This document shows positions 9,839 to 20,906 of a DNA stretch of 64,000 nt, piece after piece (positions within the stretch are counted from its first letter, which is position 1; every line of letters begins with the position of its first letter). Made by a program: the position numbers and the translations under genes. The DNA is taken from the NCBI GenBank assembly GCA_965237955.1, contig OZ250169.1, forward strand, positions 3,488,001 to 3,552,000, in the 5' to 3' direction. Source of the stretch: Candidatus Marinacidobacterales bacterium. Its GTDB lineage: Bacteria > Acidobacteriota > Vicinamibacteria > Marinacidobacterales > SMYC01. A model generated the notes under the pieces. It did not search any database. It was not told the DNA's origin and saw only the letters and a program-made list of their open reading frames with translations.

Positions 9839-10207
9839 TCAATCGGTGATCTCGGCAGAGAGCTCGACGTAGCGGTCGAGATAGCTTTGTAGTTTCTCTT
9901 TCGCGTCGTCCGACAGGTCGACGAACGATACCCCTGCGCCGATCACACGTTTGGTGTCGTCTTTCTGTTGCCAGACTGCTTTCGCTTTGACGCGGCACTC
10001 GCCGACACCCCACGGAAGTAGGAGGTGCAACTCCGACATCTGGTTCTTCTTCGGCGGCTCCGTCATCGTGAGAAACGCGCCCCCCAGGCTCACGTTGATG
10101 AGGTAGCCCTCACGCCGCTCGTCGCCTTGCTCGATCTCGGCGCGGATGATCGTGGGTGCCAGCTGAACGCGTGCGTGCTCCCGCTGTTCGGTAGCGACCT
10201 TGCTCAT
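9839..10207 (-). CDS. PilZ domain protein
   Basis: RxxxR (QREHAR) and NxSxxG (NVSLGG) motifs; RBS GGGGGAG before ATG at 10207. Confidence 0.85.
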   Translation of the reverse strand: MSKVATEQREHARVQLAPTIIRAEIEQGDERREGYLINVSLGGAFLTMTEPPKKNQMSELHLLLPWGVGECRVKAKAVWQQKDDTKRVIGAGVSFVDLSDDAKEKLQSYLDRYVELSAEITD

Positions 10208-10252
10208 TGGGATCTCCCCCTGACATTTTGTCGAAGTTTGCACATCCGAAGT

Positions 10253-10268
10253 AGCAAGATTTACGCCA
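10253..10268 (-). promoter_or_regulatory. Sigma-54 promoter of PilZ gene
   Basis: Minus strand TGGCGTAAATCTTGCT: GG-N10-GC, about 45 nt upstream of start. Confidence 0.75.
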
Positions 10269-10389
10269 CTCGCGGTGCCGGGTGGACTATGTCGGGAAAT
10301 GTCGCGCAACTTCTTTACTTTGAGCGGTATCGACGCCGTTCGGTCTTGGTCGCGAGCCCTCGCGCGGCTCGGCAAGTGTGGTTTTCCGA

Positions 10390-11541
10390 CTACAGTCTCA
10401 CGTGAGGATCGAAGAGCCGCTTGTGCTCATCGAGCGCGAAGCGGTCTGTCATGCCCGCGATGTAGTCGCACACGACGCGATCGAGCCCGTCGTCATCGAT
10501 GCGCGTCGAGACGTGGGGTGGCAGTTGACGGGGATTGGCCACATAGCCCGCGAACAGATCGCCGATCACGCGCTTGGCTTTCTCCGCCATACGAACGACG
10601 CGGTAGTGGCGATAGAGGTTCTCGAAGAGAAACTGTTTCAGCTGCGCCTTTTTCTCTTCGACCGACACGGTGAAGCGGACGAGCCGGTCGGATTGACGCT
10701 GCACGTCGTCGACGCTTCCGATCGAAGCGCTCTCGAGCCGTCCGCTGGTTACGTTGAGGAGGTCGGTGACGAGCTCGTTGATGATGAGGCGGATGGCGAG
10801 CCGAATGTGAATCTTCGAAGATTCGTCCGGGTTCTCTTCCCGTGCCTGGCGGAAGTTCTTGCGCCATAGCGCCACCTCGTCCAATGACTCGAGCTCGAGA
10901 ATACGCGACGTGAGCCCGTCCTCGAGGTCGTGGTTGGTGTACGCAATCTCGTCGGCGAGGTCTGTGAGCTGAGCCTCCAACACCGGCTCCAAACCGTCGC
11001 GAAACTCGTCGGGACCGCTGTCTTGGTGCCGCGGTGAGTGTTTGAAAATACCTTCTCGAACTTCGTGCGTCAGGTTCAGGCCACGGTAGCCGGGGTAGCG
11101 TTTTTCGAGGTAGTCGACGATGCGTAGTGCTTGGAGATTGTGCTCGAAGCCACCGTGGCCCGCCATGAGCGCGTTCATCGCGTCTTCGCCGGCGTGGCCG
11201 AACGGGGTGTGGCCGAGGTCATGTGCCAACGTCACCGCCTCGGTCAAATCTTCGTTAAGACGTAAAAAGCGCGCCATGGTGCGTGCGATCTGCGCGGCTT
11301 CGAGGGAGTGGGTGAGGCGCGTTCGATAGTGATCGCCTTCGTGGTTGACGAACACCTGCGTCTTGTACTCGAGGCGGCGGAACGCGGTGCAATGGATGAC
11401 GCGGTCGCGATCGCGCTGGAACGCCGTGCGGAACGCATGCTCGGGTTCTTGATGCCGGCGTCCCCGGGAAGCCGAGCTGAGCGCGGCGTAGGGCGCGAGC
11501 ATTTCCCGCTCCTGTTTTTCGAAGAAAGCGCGATCGACCAA
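10390..11541 (-). CDS. dgt: Deoxyguanosinetriphosphate triphosphohydrolase (HD family)
   Basis: FQRDRDRVIH, RTRLTHSLE, AHDLGHTPFGHAGE, DYIAGMTD. Confidence 0.95.
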   Translation of the reverse strand: MVDRAFFEKQEREMLAPYAALSSASRGRRHQEPEHAFRTAFQRDRDRVIHCTAFRRLEYKTQVFVNHEGDHYRTRLTHSLEAAQIARTMARFLRLNEDLTEAVTLAHDLGHTPFGHAGEDAMNALMAGHGGFEHNLQALRIVDYLEKRYPGYRGLNLTHEVREGIFKHSPRHQDSGPDEFRDGLEPVLEAQLTDLADEIAYTNHDLEDGLTSRILELESLDEVALWRKNFRQAREENPDESSKIHIRLAIRLIINELVTDLLNVTSGRLESASIGSVDDVQRQSDRLVRFTVSVEEKKAQLKQFLFENLYRHYRVVRMAEKAKRVIGDLFAGYVANPRQLPPHVSTRIDDDGLDRVVCDYIAGMTDRFALDEHKRLFDPHVRL

Positions 11542-11604
11542 GGGTTCCCCTGACCGGATGCTATCAAAGCGGGCGGGCGAGAGCTACGGCCGGGTGAACC
11601 GGAA

Positions 11605-11645
11605 CGATAAAGGGGGGCCGAGCCTTTCAGGGCTCGGCCCCCCTT
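11605..11645 (-). terminator. GC-rich hairpin, likely intrinsic terminator
   Basis: AAGGGGGGCCGAGCC / GGCTCGGCCCCCCTT stem with 6-nt loop; short TTTAT tail on minus strand. Confidence 0.7.
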
Positions 11646-11725
11646 CCGTGCCTACGATAGGAGGGAGCTCGGACTTCCGAACCAGGCCCTTTCCCAGCCC
11701 GAAAGCATCCGGTTAAGTAGACATT
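11605..11725 (-). ncRNA. Candidate sigma-54-dependent small RNA (~120 nt)
   Basis: Consensus sigma-54 promoter directly upstream, strong hairpin at 3' end, no credible ORF between. Confidence 0.5.
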
Positions 11726-11735
11726 GCTATTGGAT

Positions 11736-11751
11736 TGCAAGGCGTGTGCCA
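11736..11751 (-). promoter_or_regulatory. Sigma-54 promoter (consensus)
   Basis: Minus strand TGGCACACGCCTTGCA = TGGCAC-N5-TTGCA. Confidence 0.8.
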
Positions 11752-12116
11752 CCTAATTGCGGCCCCCGGATGTCACTCAAGTGACATAAAACAATAACTT
11801 TAACGCCACGGACTCCATTCGTGCGCGAGCCCTCCTCTGTAAATTTTCTTTCCGAGGATGAAAAAGTTTGGTGATCGGAGGAGCGCAGCCCAATCAGCGG
11901 CATGTTCGGAGCGGGACACCCTGGGCTTTTCACCACACCATCCGGCGGCCAACCGCGGACAGAAGTCGTTATTGAGGTGTGGCTTACAAGGAGGAACGTG
12001 CGCAAAGATACGGCCCCGGCGCCCGCCGAAGAAAGCCCCCACACTTCCACGCGACGGCCCGAAAGCTCAAAATCTGTAACTATATGAATGTAAACCGCTT
12101 GTGTGTCCGCCTCGCT

Positions 12117-12132
12117 TGGAATGGCCCTTGCT
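12117..12132 (+). promoter_or_regulatory. Sigma-54 promoter of pilin-like gene
   Basis: TGGAATGGCCCTTGCT: GG-N10-GC, 70 nt upstream of ATG 12202. Confidence 0.6.
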
Positions 12133-12201
12133 AATTGGGGTCGGGTGAGCTTCCGTAAGTCGCGGAAGCTCGAAAGTTTTCGTTTGCCCGGGAGGATACC
12201 C

Positions 12202-13349
<1,148 letters not shown>

Positions 13350-13357
13350 GGAAGGCC

Positions 13358-13398
13358 AGGCCGGGCCCGGGGTTTCAGTCCTGGGCCCGGCTTTTTTC
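13358..13398 (+). terminator. Rho-independent terminator
   Basis: gccgggcccgggg...cctgggcccggc stem followed by TTTTTT. Confidence 0.75.
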
Positions 13399-13459
13399 AT
13401 TAGCGCGGGTCAGCTGATGGCTGAGAGCCGATGGCCCATGGCCGCCACTAGCCCAGCTC

Positions 13460-14377
13460 CTACTCCGCCGGAGCGTAGTACCCGAGCTTGGTACGAACCC
13501 TAAGATTCGGGTACGTCGACTGCACGACGACGCGGCGCCACGAGCCGTCGCGCTTCGGGTTGTTCGACACATAGCCGATGTTGTACTGATTCTTGAGCTC
13601 GGCGGCGATCCGCGCGTACACGTCGGTCAACTCTTCGATTTGCTCCGGAAAGAACCACTGCCCCCCGGTCTCCTCGGCGAGCTTTTTCAACACGAACTCG
13701 GCTTCCGAGAACGCTCGCGAGCGACGTCCGCCTTCGTGTCTCAACGAGATCGTGTAGATCGTCACGTCGGTCTCTTTTGCGAGCTCCATCACCCGCTCGA
13801 AGGTGACGAGCGAGCTCGTGTCTTCTCCGTCGGATAGAACGACAATCGCTTGCCTGCGGATATCTTGTCGGCGCCGGCTGAGGCCTTTGAGAGAAATGTA
13901 CAGCGCGTTGTAGAGCTGCGTCGTTCCGCCGGCCTGCGTCATGCGGATGGCGCGGTTGAGCTTCTCCACGTCGGCGGTGAACGGTTGCAGTACGTGAGGC
14001 TTGCTTCCGAACTCGACGACTTCCGTGAGGTCGTCGTCTTTCATCTCGTGCACGAAGTTGACGGCGGCCTTCTGGGCGAAGCTCATTTTCTGGTCCATGC
14101 TCGCGCTGGTATCGATGAGCAGCACCATGCGGATGGGTAGATCCTCCCGGGAGAACACCGAAACGTCCTGCGCGATGCCGTCCTCGTAAATCGAGAAGTC
14201 CTCTTCGAGCAGGTCGGTCACGAAGCGGTCGCGGTTATCGGTGACGGTGACGTTCAACGAGATGAGATCGACGGTGACGCGAAACTGGTAGCGACCCTGT
14301 TCTTGGGAGAGTGACGACGACTGCGTGAGCACGACGACGAGCGCGACGAAGCCGAATGTATGGAGAGGTCTACGCAT
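13460..14377 (-). CDS. VWA domain protein (acidobacterial VWFA-related type)
   Basis: Signal peptide, FRVTVDLISLNVTVTD, MIDAS DTSAS, LSDGED, QYNIGYVS. Confidence 0.9.
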   Translation of the reverse strand: MRRPLHTFGFVALVVVLTQSSSLSQEQGRYQFRVTVDLISLNVTVTDNRDRFVTDLLEEDFSIYEDGIAQDVSVFSREDLPIRMVLLIDTSASMDQKMSFAQKAAVNFVHEMKDDDLTEVVEFGSKPHVLQPFTADVEKLNRAIRMTQAGGTTQLYNALYISLKGLSRRRQDIRRQAIVVLSDGEDTSSLVTFERVMELAKETDVTIYTISLRHEGGRRSRAFSEAEFVLKKLAEETGGQWFFPEQIEELTDVYARIAAELKNQYNIGYVSNNPKRDGSWRRVVVQSTYPNLRVRTKLGYYAPAE

Positions 14378-14424
14378 ACCTTACAAGGTCCAATATAGCC
14401 TTATACTGCGACCGTTGGCTAATC

Positions 14425-14928
14425 ATGTCTAACGCACCGAAACCGGTGAAACGAGCTGCCGTCCTTACCGTTAGTGACGGGGTCGCGGCGGGGGTACGCG
14501 AGGACAGCTCCGGGGAAGTCGCTTCGGAGGAGCTCCGGAAACTAGGCTTCGATGTCGTTGCCCGCGAAGTCGTCGCGGACGACAAGGCGCAGATCGTGGA
14601 TGCTGTGCGTGGCTGGACCGACGGGAGCGACGCGGAGTTGGTGGTCACGACCGGGGGCACCGGTCTCGGTCCCCGGGACGTCACTCCTGAGGCGATCCGG
14701 CCGATCCTCGAGCGCGAAATTCCCGGCTATGGCGAGCTCCTGCGGGCCGACGGCTTGCGCCATACCCCGATGGCGGTGCTGTCGCGGACTCTCGCGGGCA
14801 CCCTCGGGGGTGCTCTCGTCATCTGCCTCCCGGGGAGCCCCAAGGCGGTGCGCGAAGGGCTCGCCGCTCTCGCGCCGACGCTTCCGCACGCGCTCGAGCT
14901 CCTCTCGGGGAAAACGGAGCATCGTTGA
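14425..14928 (+). CDS. MogA/MoaB family molybdopterin adenylyltransferase
   Basis: LTVSD, VTTGGTGLGPRDVTPEA, LPGSPKAV. Confidence 0.9.
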   Translation: MSNAPKPVKRAAVLTVSDGVAAGVREDSSGEVASEELRKLGFDVVAREVVADDKAQIVDAVRGWTDGSDAELVVTTGGTGLGPRDVTPEAIRPILEREIPGYGELLRADGLRHTPMAVLSRTLAGTLGGALVICLPGSPKAVREGLAALAPTLPHALELLSGKTEHR

Positions 14929-15374
14929 TGTTGTCACCGAACCGACAAGAGGCCATGGGGTACCTGATGATGACGATGGTGCGTCACGGATCGTCGAGGG
15001 GGCTTAGCGCGCCCGAAGCTCGAGAGACTCCGAAGAAAATGGCCTCATCCAGACGCCGTCACCGTCGCATCGACGCCCTAGGGCGCGTTTTCGCGCAGCT
15101 CGGGGGTGGCTGGGAAGCATCGGTGTTGAACTTGAGCGTGGGCGGCATGCTCTTGCGGCTCAAGCGCGCTCTCACCCCCGGCTCGACCTATGTCGTGAAG
15201 CTCTTTCTCGAAGAGCAGATCGCCATCGTGGAGGCTCGGGTGGTACGACTGTCCCGGGCCGTCTCCGAGGAACAAGACGAAGAGGAGTGTTTCGCGGCTC
15301 TACAGTTCACCTCCGTCCCCACGAGCGACGCCGCCTGTCTCCGAGGCTACGTTAACCCCGATCGCAAATTCTAG
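14925..15374 (+). CDS. PilZ domain protein (true start probably downstream)
   Basis: RRRHRRI and NLSVGG motifs, EARVVR, ALQF. Confidence 0.7.
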   Translation: MMLSPNRQEAMGYLMMTMVRHGSSRGLSAPEARETPKKMASSRRRHRRIDALGRVFAQLGGGWEASVLNLSVGGMLLRLKRALTPGSTYVVKLFLEEQIAIVEARVVRLSRAVSEEQDEEECFAALQFTSVPTSDAACLRGYVNPDRKF

Positions 15375-15489
15375 CCAGCTTCTACTAATTTGCGACGGGG
15401 GTTAATGACTGAGTCGTCTACCCTTCTTGCCCACCCCGAAACCGCGTGTTAAAATAACTGGTTTCGAGATTCTAATTGAGCGAATCGGA

Positions 15490-15831
15490 ATGAAAAAATC
15501 GGAGCTAACACAGCACAAGAAGGCCCTTCTTGCGAAGAAGGAAGACCTCGAGCACTCTGTCGCACACAAGGGTGTTCTGACCAGCTCGGCGACGGATGGG
15601 CACGGCGACTTCGCTGACCGTTCCGCGGCCGCGAACGAAGAAGAGATCAGCATTCAATTGCAACAGACCGATGCGAAGCTTCTACGCGCGATCGAGGACG
15701 CCCTTGCTCGTGTGGAAAGCGGCTCGTACGGCGTCTGCGTCGATTGCGAAGAGGAGATCACCTCCGCTCGGCTCAAAGCCGTTCCTTGGACCAAAGTCTG
15801 CATCAGCTGCAAAGAGAAGCAGTACTCGTAG
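15490..15831 (+). CDS. TraR/DksA C4-type zinc finger protein
   Basis: GDFADRS, IEDALARVESGSYGVCVDCEEEI, RLKAVPW, CISC. Confidence 0.9.
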   Translation: MKKSELTQHKKALLAKKEDLEHSVAHKGVLTSSATDGHGDFADRSAAANEEEISIQLQQTDAKLLRAIEDALARVESGSYGVCVDCEEEITSARLKAVPWTKVCISCKEKQYS

Positions 15832-15864
15832 GTCCGGTTCCTCCCAAACTCCTCACAGAGCCCC

Positions 15865-16665
15865 GTGGATTTAGGTCTATCCGACAAGGTCGCCATCGTC
15901 GCAGGTGGTAGCCGCGGCCTCGGCAAGGCGTGCGCGATGACCCTTGCCGCAGAAGGCGCCGAGCTCGTCCTTGCGGCGCGCGATGAGAACACGCTGCAGG
16001 CGGCGGCGGCGGAGATCGAAGCGGCTCATGATCGTAGGGGCCAGAAGGTGCTCGCCGTGCCGACGGACGTGACGCGCGAGGAAGACGTCGATCGATTGGT
16101 CGAGGCTTCCATGGAAAAGTACTCGCGGGTCGACGTGCTCGTTGCCAATGCGGGTGGGCCGCCGGCCAGCCACTTCGAAACGACCGACGTTGCCGCGTGG
16201 AAGAGCGCTATCGAGTTGAACCTCCTGTCGACGATTTATTTGTGCCGCGCGGTGGTGCCGGTCATGAAACGCCAAGGAAGCGGCCGCATCGTCGCCATCA
16301 CGTCGATCTCGGTGAAACAACCCGTCGATGGCCTCATCCTGTCGAACACGGCGCGATCCGGTGTCGTCGGGATGATGAAAACCCTCTCCAACGAGCTCGC
16401 CCCTTGCGGCATCGGCGTGAACGTTGTCTGCCCTGGCTACACGAAGACCGATCGCCTCGTCGATCTGGCATCGCGCCTGAGCGAGCAGGAAGGCGTCTCG
16501 CAAGAAGCCATCCAAAAACGCTGGACGGATCAGATCCCCATGGGACGTCTGGGGGATCCAGCAGAGTTCGCTTCCGTCGTCGCTTTCCTTTGTTCGGAGC
16601 GCGCGAGTTACGTGACGGGCACGTGCCTTCAGGTGGACGGGGGAGTGGTGAAATCTGTTTATTGA
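15865..16665 (+). CDS. SDR family oxidoreductase
   Basis: AGGSRGLGKA, NAGGPP, LSNTARSG, PGYTKTDR, VDGG. Confidence 0.92.
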   Translation: MDLGLSDKVAIVAGGSRGLGKACAMTLAAEGAELVLAARDENTLQAAAAEIEAAHDRRGQKVLAVPTDVTREEDVDRLVEASMEKYSRVDVLVANAGGPPASHFETTDVAAWKSAIELNLLSTIYLCRAVVPVMKRQGSGRIVAITSISVKQPVDGLILSNTARSGVVGMMKTLSNELAPCGIGVNVVCPGYTKTDRLVDLASRLSEQEGVSQEAIQKRWTDQIPMGRLGDPAEFASVVAFLCSERASYVTGTCLQVDGGVVKSVY

Positions 16666-16666
16666 T

Positions 16667-16795
16667 CCGCCGTCGGCCATCAGCCATCGGCCATCAGCTT
16701 GCGCCTCACTGAGATTTCGTGCTATTTCGCAACGTCAGTCCTAGCGGGCGGCACGGCGCGATATCGGCGGATGCCTGATGGCCGATGGCGGCGCC
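16667..16795. repeat. Inverted pair of GC(T/C)GATG heptamer tandem repeats
   Basis: cggccatcagccatcggccatcag ... ctgatggccgatggcgg; related tracts at ~13412, ~23705 and ~27244-27347. Confidence 0.65.
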
Positions 16796-16854
16796 GCCGC
16801 GCGTAACTTCTTTGCTATCAAATACAAGCCCCGATATTGCGAGCGCCGCTCCTC

Positions 16855-16883
16855 TTGACAACAATATACCGCAGCTATAAGAT
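16855..16883 (+). promoter_or_regulatory. Sigma-70 promoter of nuoL operon
   Basis: TTGACA-17 nt-TAAGAT, about 87 nt upstream of nuoL. Confidence 0.65.
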
Positions 16884-16969
16884 GCGACTCGTTTTGAAGC
16901 GCGGGAAGGACGCCTACCGACCTTTCTGTTCGTCTCATCTCTTTTATTCGCCAAGGGCGAGCTTCGATT

Positions 16970-19045
16970 GTGAGTGAATATTTCTGGCTTATTCCGCTTA
17001 TCCCCGGAGTAGGGGCCATCATCAACGGTCTCTTCGGTAAGCGTCTTTCCAAACCCGTGATCCACGGCGTGGCCGTGGGCGCGGTCGCGTTGTCGTTCGT
17101 CCTCGCGCTCTTCTGCTTTTTCGGCCCGTTCATATCCGAGGGTGGCGGGTACGTCGACGAGGAAACGCTGTTCACGTGGATTCCCGGGATGAGCGCCGCG
17201 CAGGCCGACGGCTCGACGGCGGACTTCACCGCCGAGTGGGAGTACCGGCTCGACTCGCTGTCGATGGTGATGGTGCTCGTCGTCACCGGTGTCGGGCTTC
17301 TCATCCATATCTACTCGATCGGATACATGAGCCACGACTCCGGCTACGGGCGCTATTTTGCCTACCTCAACCTGTTCACGTTCTTCATGTTGAACCTGGT
17401 GATGGGTGCGAACTTGCTTCTCATGTTCATCGGGTGGGAAGGCGTGGGGTTGTGCTCGTATCTTCTGATCGGGTTTTGGTTCGAGCGCGACGCCGCCGCG
17501 AACGCCGGCAAAAAAGCGTTCATCGTCAACCGCATCGGTGATGCCGTTTTCCTCCTCGCTATCTTTTTGATCTTTTATACGTTCGGCTCGGTCGACTTCT
17601 ACGCAGTCATGGAAGCAGTGGCCGCGGAGTTCGAAACTCCGGAGGTCGGCTGGGGTGTTCTGAGCGCGATTGGCGTCTTGCTCTTCGTCGGCGCTGCCGG
17701 AAAGTCCGCGCAGATTCCCCTACACGTGTGGCTCCCCGACGCCATGGAGGGTCCGACTCCGGTCTCCGCGCTCATCCACGCTGCGACTATGGTGACCGCG
17801 GGCGTTTACATGGTCGCGCGCTCGGCGGTGCTCTACGAGAAGGCGCCGAACGCGATGCTCGTCGTCGCGATCGTCGGAGTGGCGACGGCGATCTTCGCGG
17901 CTTCCATCGGTCTTTTCCAAAACGACATCAAGAAAGTCCTTGCGTACTCGACGGTGTCCCAGCTCGGCTACATGTTTCTCGGCCTCGGTGTGGGCGCGTA
18001 CGCCGCCGCCATCTTCCACCTGATGACGCATGCGTTCTTCAAAGCGTGCTTGTTCCTCGGATCCGGTAGCGTGATCCACACCATGGAGCACGCGGAGCAC
18101 GCATCGGGCGGCCACCGTGACTACACCGAGATGCAGGACATGCGCAACATGGGCGGGCTCAGGAAATATATGCCCCGGACTTACTGGACATACTTCCTGT
18201 CTACGCTCGCCATTGCCGGTATCTTCCCGTTGGCAGGCTTTTTCAGTAAGGACGAGATCCTGTGGGCGGCGTCCGACGAAGGTCACGTCACGTGGTTCTG
18301 GTTGATCGCTGTCGTTGCGGCGGGGATGACGGCGTTTTACATGTTCCGGCAAGTCTTCTTGACGTTTTACGGTGATTTCCGGGGCGGCAAGGAGATGGAG
18401 TCCCATCTCCACGAATCCGTGCCGAGCATGACGATTCCTCTCATCGTGTTGGCAGCCGGCTCCGTGGCAGCCGGCTGGGTCGGCATCCCGTTCGGGTATT
18501 CGTGGATCGGACCGTTTTTGCAACCGGCGTTGGACGCGGGCATGGTGATCGAGCACGAAGCCCACCACGCAACAGTTCCGCACGAACTTCTCTTCATGGG
18601 CATCTCCCTCGCCGTTGCGGCGGGCGGTATCTACTTGGCGTGGGCGAAGTATCGGAACAAACCCGAAGGCGACAAAGCGTTTGCCACGGCGTGGCCGGGC
18701 GTGTACCGGACGCTTTACAACAAATACTTCGTGGACGAGTTCTACGGCGCCACCGTGGTGCGTGGCACGCTCGGCGGTGCTCAGGGGCTCAACACGTTCG
18801 ATGCCGAAGTCGTGGACGGTATCGTGAACGGGGCCGCCAAGTCGACGTTGGGCACCGCCGACATGTCGAATCTCGCGGACGCGAGTCTCGTCGATGGCGC
18901 GGTCAACGCGGTGTGGAAAGTTTTGGCCAGCCTCTCGACCGCCTTTCGGCAGCTTCAGACAGGCGTCTTGCAAAACTATGCTCTCATGATGCTCGTCGGC
19001 ATCGGAGCTTTGATCGGCTTTTTCTACTTTTACCTCTGGACGTAA
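16970..19045 (+). CDS. nuoL: NADH-quinone oxidoreductase subunit L
   Basis: GWEGVGLCSYLLIGFW, KAFIVNRIGD, GKSAQIPLHVWLPDAMEGPTPVSALIHAATMV, HAFFKA. Confidence 0.96.
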   Translation: MSEYFWLIPLIPGVGAIINGLFGKRLSKPVIHGVAVGAVALSFVLALFCFFGPFISEGGGYVDEETLFTWIPGMSAAQADGSTADFTAEWEYRLDSLSMVMVLVVTGVGLLIHIYSIGYMSHDSGYGRYFAYLNLFTFFMLNLVMGANLLLMFIGWEGVGLCSYLLIGFWFERDAAANAGKKAFIVNRIGDAVFLLAIFLIFYTFGSVDFYAVMEAVAAEFETPEVGWGVLSAIGVLLFVGAAGKSAQIPLHVWLPDAMEGPTPVSALIHAATMVTAGVYMVARSAVLYEKAPNAMLVVAIVGVATAIFAASIGLFQNDIKKVLAYSTVSQLGYMFLGLGVGAYAAAIFHLMTHAFFKACLFLGSGSVIHTMEHAEHASGGHRDYTEMQDMRNMGGLRKYMPRTYWTYFLSTLAIAGIFPLAGFFSKDEILWAASDEGHVTWFWLIAVVAAGMTAFYMFRQVFLTFYGDFRGGKEMESHLHESVPSMTIPLIVLAAGSVAAGWVGIPFGYSWIGPFLQPALDAGMVIEHEAHHATVPHELLFMGISLAVAAGGIYLAWAKYRNKPEGDKAFATAWPGVYRTLYNKYFVDEFYGATVVRGTLGGAQGLNTFDAEVVDGIVNGAAKSTLGTADMSNLADASLVDGAVNAVWKVLASLSTAFRQLQTGVLQNYALMMLVGIGALIGFFYFYLWT

Positions 19046-19063
19046 GTAAGCAGGGAACGCTTC

Positions 19064-20647
19064 ATGCTCGAGAATAATCCTCTTCCTTGGAATATCCCCA
19101 TCCTGTCGATAGTCGTGTGGTTTCCCGCGGTGGGTGCTCTCTTCATCATGCTCTTCATGAACAAGACCCAGGAGAACGCGATCAAGTGGGCGGCGAACAT
19201 CATCACCTTCGTAGGGTTTCTCTTCTCGCTGGTGCTGTGGTTCTACTTCGACAACATGCTTCAGTTCCAGTTTGTAGAGAAATACGAGTGGATCCGGACC
19301 ATCGGCGTCAGCTACCACTTCGGCTTAGATGGCATCAGCTTGCTGCTCGTCCTGATGACGACGCTGCTGGGATTCATCTCGGTATTGTCGTCGTGGAACG
19401 CCATCACCGATCGCGTCAAGCAGTACTACGTCTTCCTGCTGCTGCTGCAGACCGGCATGCTCGGCGTCTTCGTCGCGCTCGACTTCTTTCTCTTCTACGT
19501 GTTCTGGGAAGTCATGCTGGTGCCGATGTACTTCCTGATCGGTGTTTGGGGCGGCCCGCGTAAACTCTACGCGGCGATCAAGTTCTTCTTGTACACCCTC
19601 GTGGGGAGCGTCCTAATACTCCTCGGAATCCTCGCACTCTATTTCGCGTACGGCGCCGAGACAGGGAAGGATCCTACGTTCAACATCCTCGAGCTCTGGA
19701 CCGTCGACTACGACCCAAACCTCCAGTTCTGGGTCTTCCTCGCCTTCTTCATCGGGTTCGCGATCAAAGTGCCGATGTTCCCGTTCCACACGTGGCTTCC
19801 CGACGCGCACGTCGAAGCTCCGACCGCGGGCTCGGTGATTCTCGCGGGCGTTCTCCTGAAAATGGGAACCTATGGGTTCGTGCGGTTCTCGCTGCCGCTT
19901 TTGCCGGATGCGACCAAGGACGCGGTGTGGTGGGTCCTCGCGTTGTCGATCATCGGCATCATCTACGGGGCGCTGGTGGCGATGGTCCAGCCGGACTGGA
20001 AAAAGCTCGTCGCTTATAGCTCGGTGAGCCATCTCGGCTTCGTCATGCTCGGCGTGTTTGCCCTCACCCATCTGGGCATTCAGGGCGGCATCCTCCAGAT
20101 GATCAACCATGGCCTTTCGACGGGCGGGCTCTTCTTGATCGTCGGCATCATGTACGAGCAGACCCACAAGCGGGAGATAGCCGCTTACGGCGGAATCGCG
20201 AAGGTCGTTCCGGTTTTCGGGGCATTGTTCCTCGTCATCGCTCTCGCGTCGATGGGACTGCCACTGCTCAACGGTTTCATCGGAGAGTTCATGATCTTGC
20301 AGGGGGCGTTTGCGAGCCAGTACGCCGGCTGGGTCTACGCCGCGTTCGCGGTTTCCGGCATCGTTCTCGGCGCCGCCTACTTGCTGTGGCTCTATCAGCG
20401 GGTGATGTTCGGCAAGCTCGACAAGCCCGAGAACGAGAAGCTCAAGGACCTGAGCTGGCGCGAGCAAGCGACGCTTTGGCCGATCGTGGCGCTTTGCATC
20501 TTCATCGGCGTCTATCCCAAACCGTTTCTCGAGCCGCTGCGCGTACCCGTCGACGCGATCATGGATCGCATCGAAGGTCCGAGGACCGCGGGGTTGCCAC
20601 CCGTCGGGCTCGACGAAGAGGTTCAGGAAGAGGCCGCGGCGAACTAA
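19064..20647 (+). CDS. nuoM: NADH-quinone oxidoreductase subunit M
   Basis: FYVFWEVMLVPMY, AIKVPMFPFHTWLPDAHVEAPTAGS, AYSSVSHLG. Confidence 0.96.
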   Translation: MLENNPLPWNIPILSIVVWFPAVGALFIMLFMNKTQENAIKWAANIITFVGFLFSLVLWFYFDNMLQFQFVEKYEWIRTIGVSYHFGLDGISLLLVLMTTLLGFISVLSSWNAITDRVKQYYVFLLLLQTGMLGVFVALDFFLFYVFWEVMLVPMYFLIGVWGGPRKLYAAIKFFLYTLVGSVLILLGILALYFAYGAETGKDPTFNILELWTVDYDPNLQFWVFLAFFIGFAIKVPMFPFHTWLPDAHVEAPTAGSVILAGVLLKMGTYGFVRFSLPLLPDATKDAVWWVLALSIIGIIYGALVAMVQPDWKKLVAYSSVSHLGFVMLGVFALTHLGIQGGILQMINHGLSTGGLFLIVGIMYEQTHKREIAAYGGIAKVVPVFGALFLVIALASMGLPLLNGFIGEFMILQGAFASQYAGWVYAAFAVSGIVLGAAYLLWLYQRVMFGKLDKPENEKLKDLSWREQATLWPIVALCIFIGVYPKPFLEPLRVPVDAIMDRIEGPRTAGLPPVGLDEEVQEEAAAN

Positions 20648-20672
20648 ATATCCGTTCCCGACGGAGGTTTGA

Positions 20673-20906
20673 ATGGCCCAGGACGACAAACGGCCTGCGG
20701 TCTCTCCCCGCGCGCGGATCTATAACCTTACGTCGCTGGCGTTCACGTTCCCCGTATCTATCGCGGTCGGGGCCGGGATTGGCTACTACCTGGACGGGAA
20801 GCTCGGCACGTTCCCGTGGCTTTCTATCGTCTTTCTCTTAATAGGCGTCGCCGCCGGTTTCCTGAGCCTCCTCCGTGCGGTGAAAGCGTTCGACAGGCAA
20901 GATTGA
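20673..20906 (+). CDS. AtpZ/AtpI family protein (ATP synthase gene 1)
   Basis: GAGIGYYLDGKLGTFPWLSIVFLLIG; position before atpI/atpB. Confidence 0.85.
   Translation: MAQDDKRPAVSPRARIYNLTSLAFTFPVSIAVGAGIGYYLDGKLGTFPWLSIVFLLIGVAAGFLSLLRAVKAFDRQD

Noticed and set aside
17720-20689. Long antisense ORFs over nuoL/nuoM (and similar shadows such as 7553-9181 and 40796-42259)
   Set aside because: Typical high-GC shadow frames opposite well-supported genes; no motifs.
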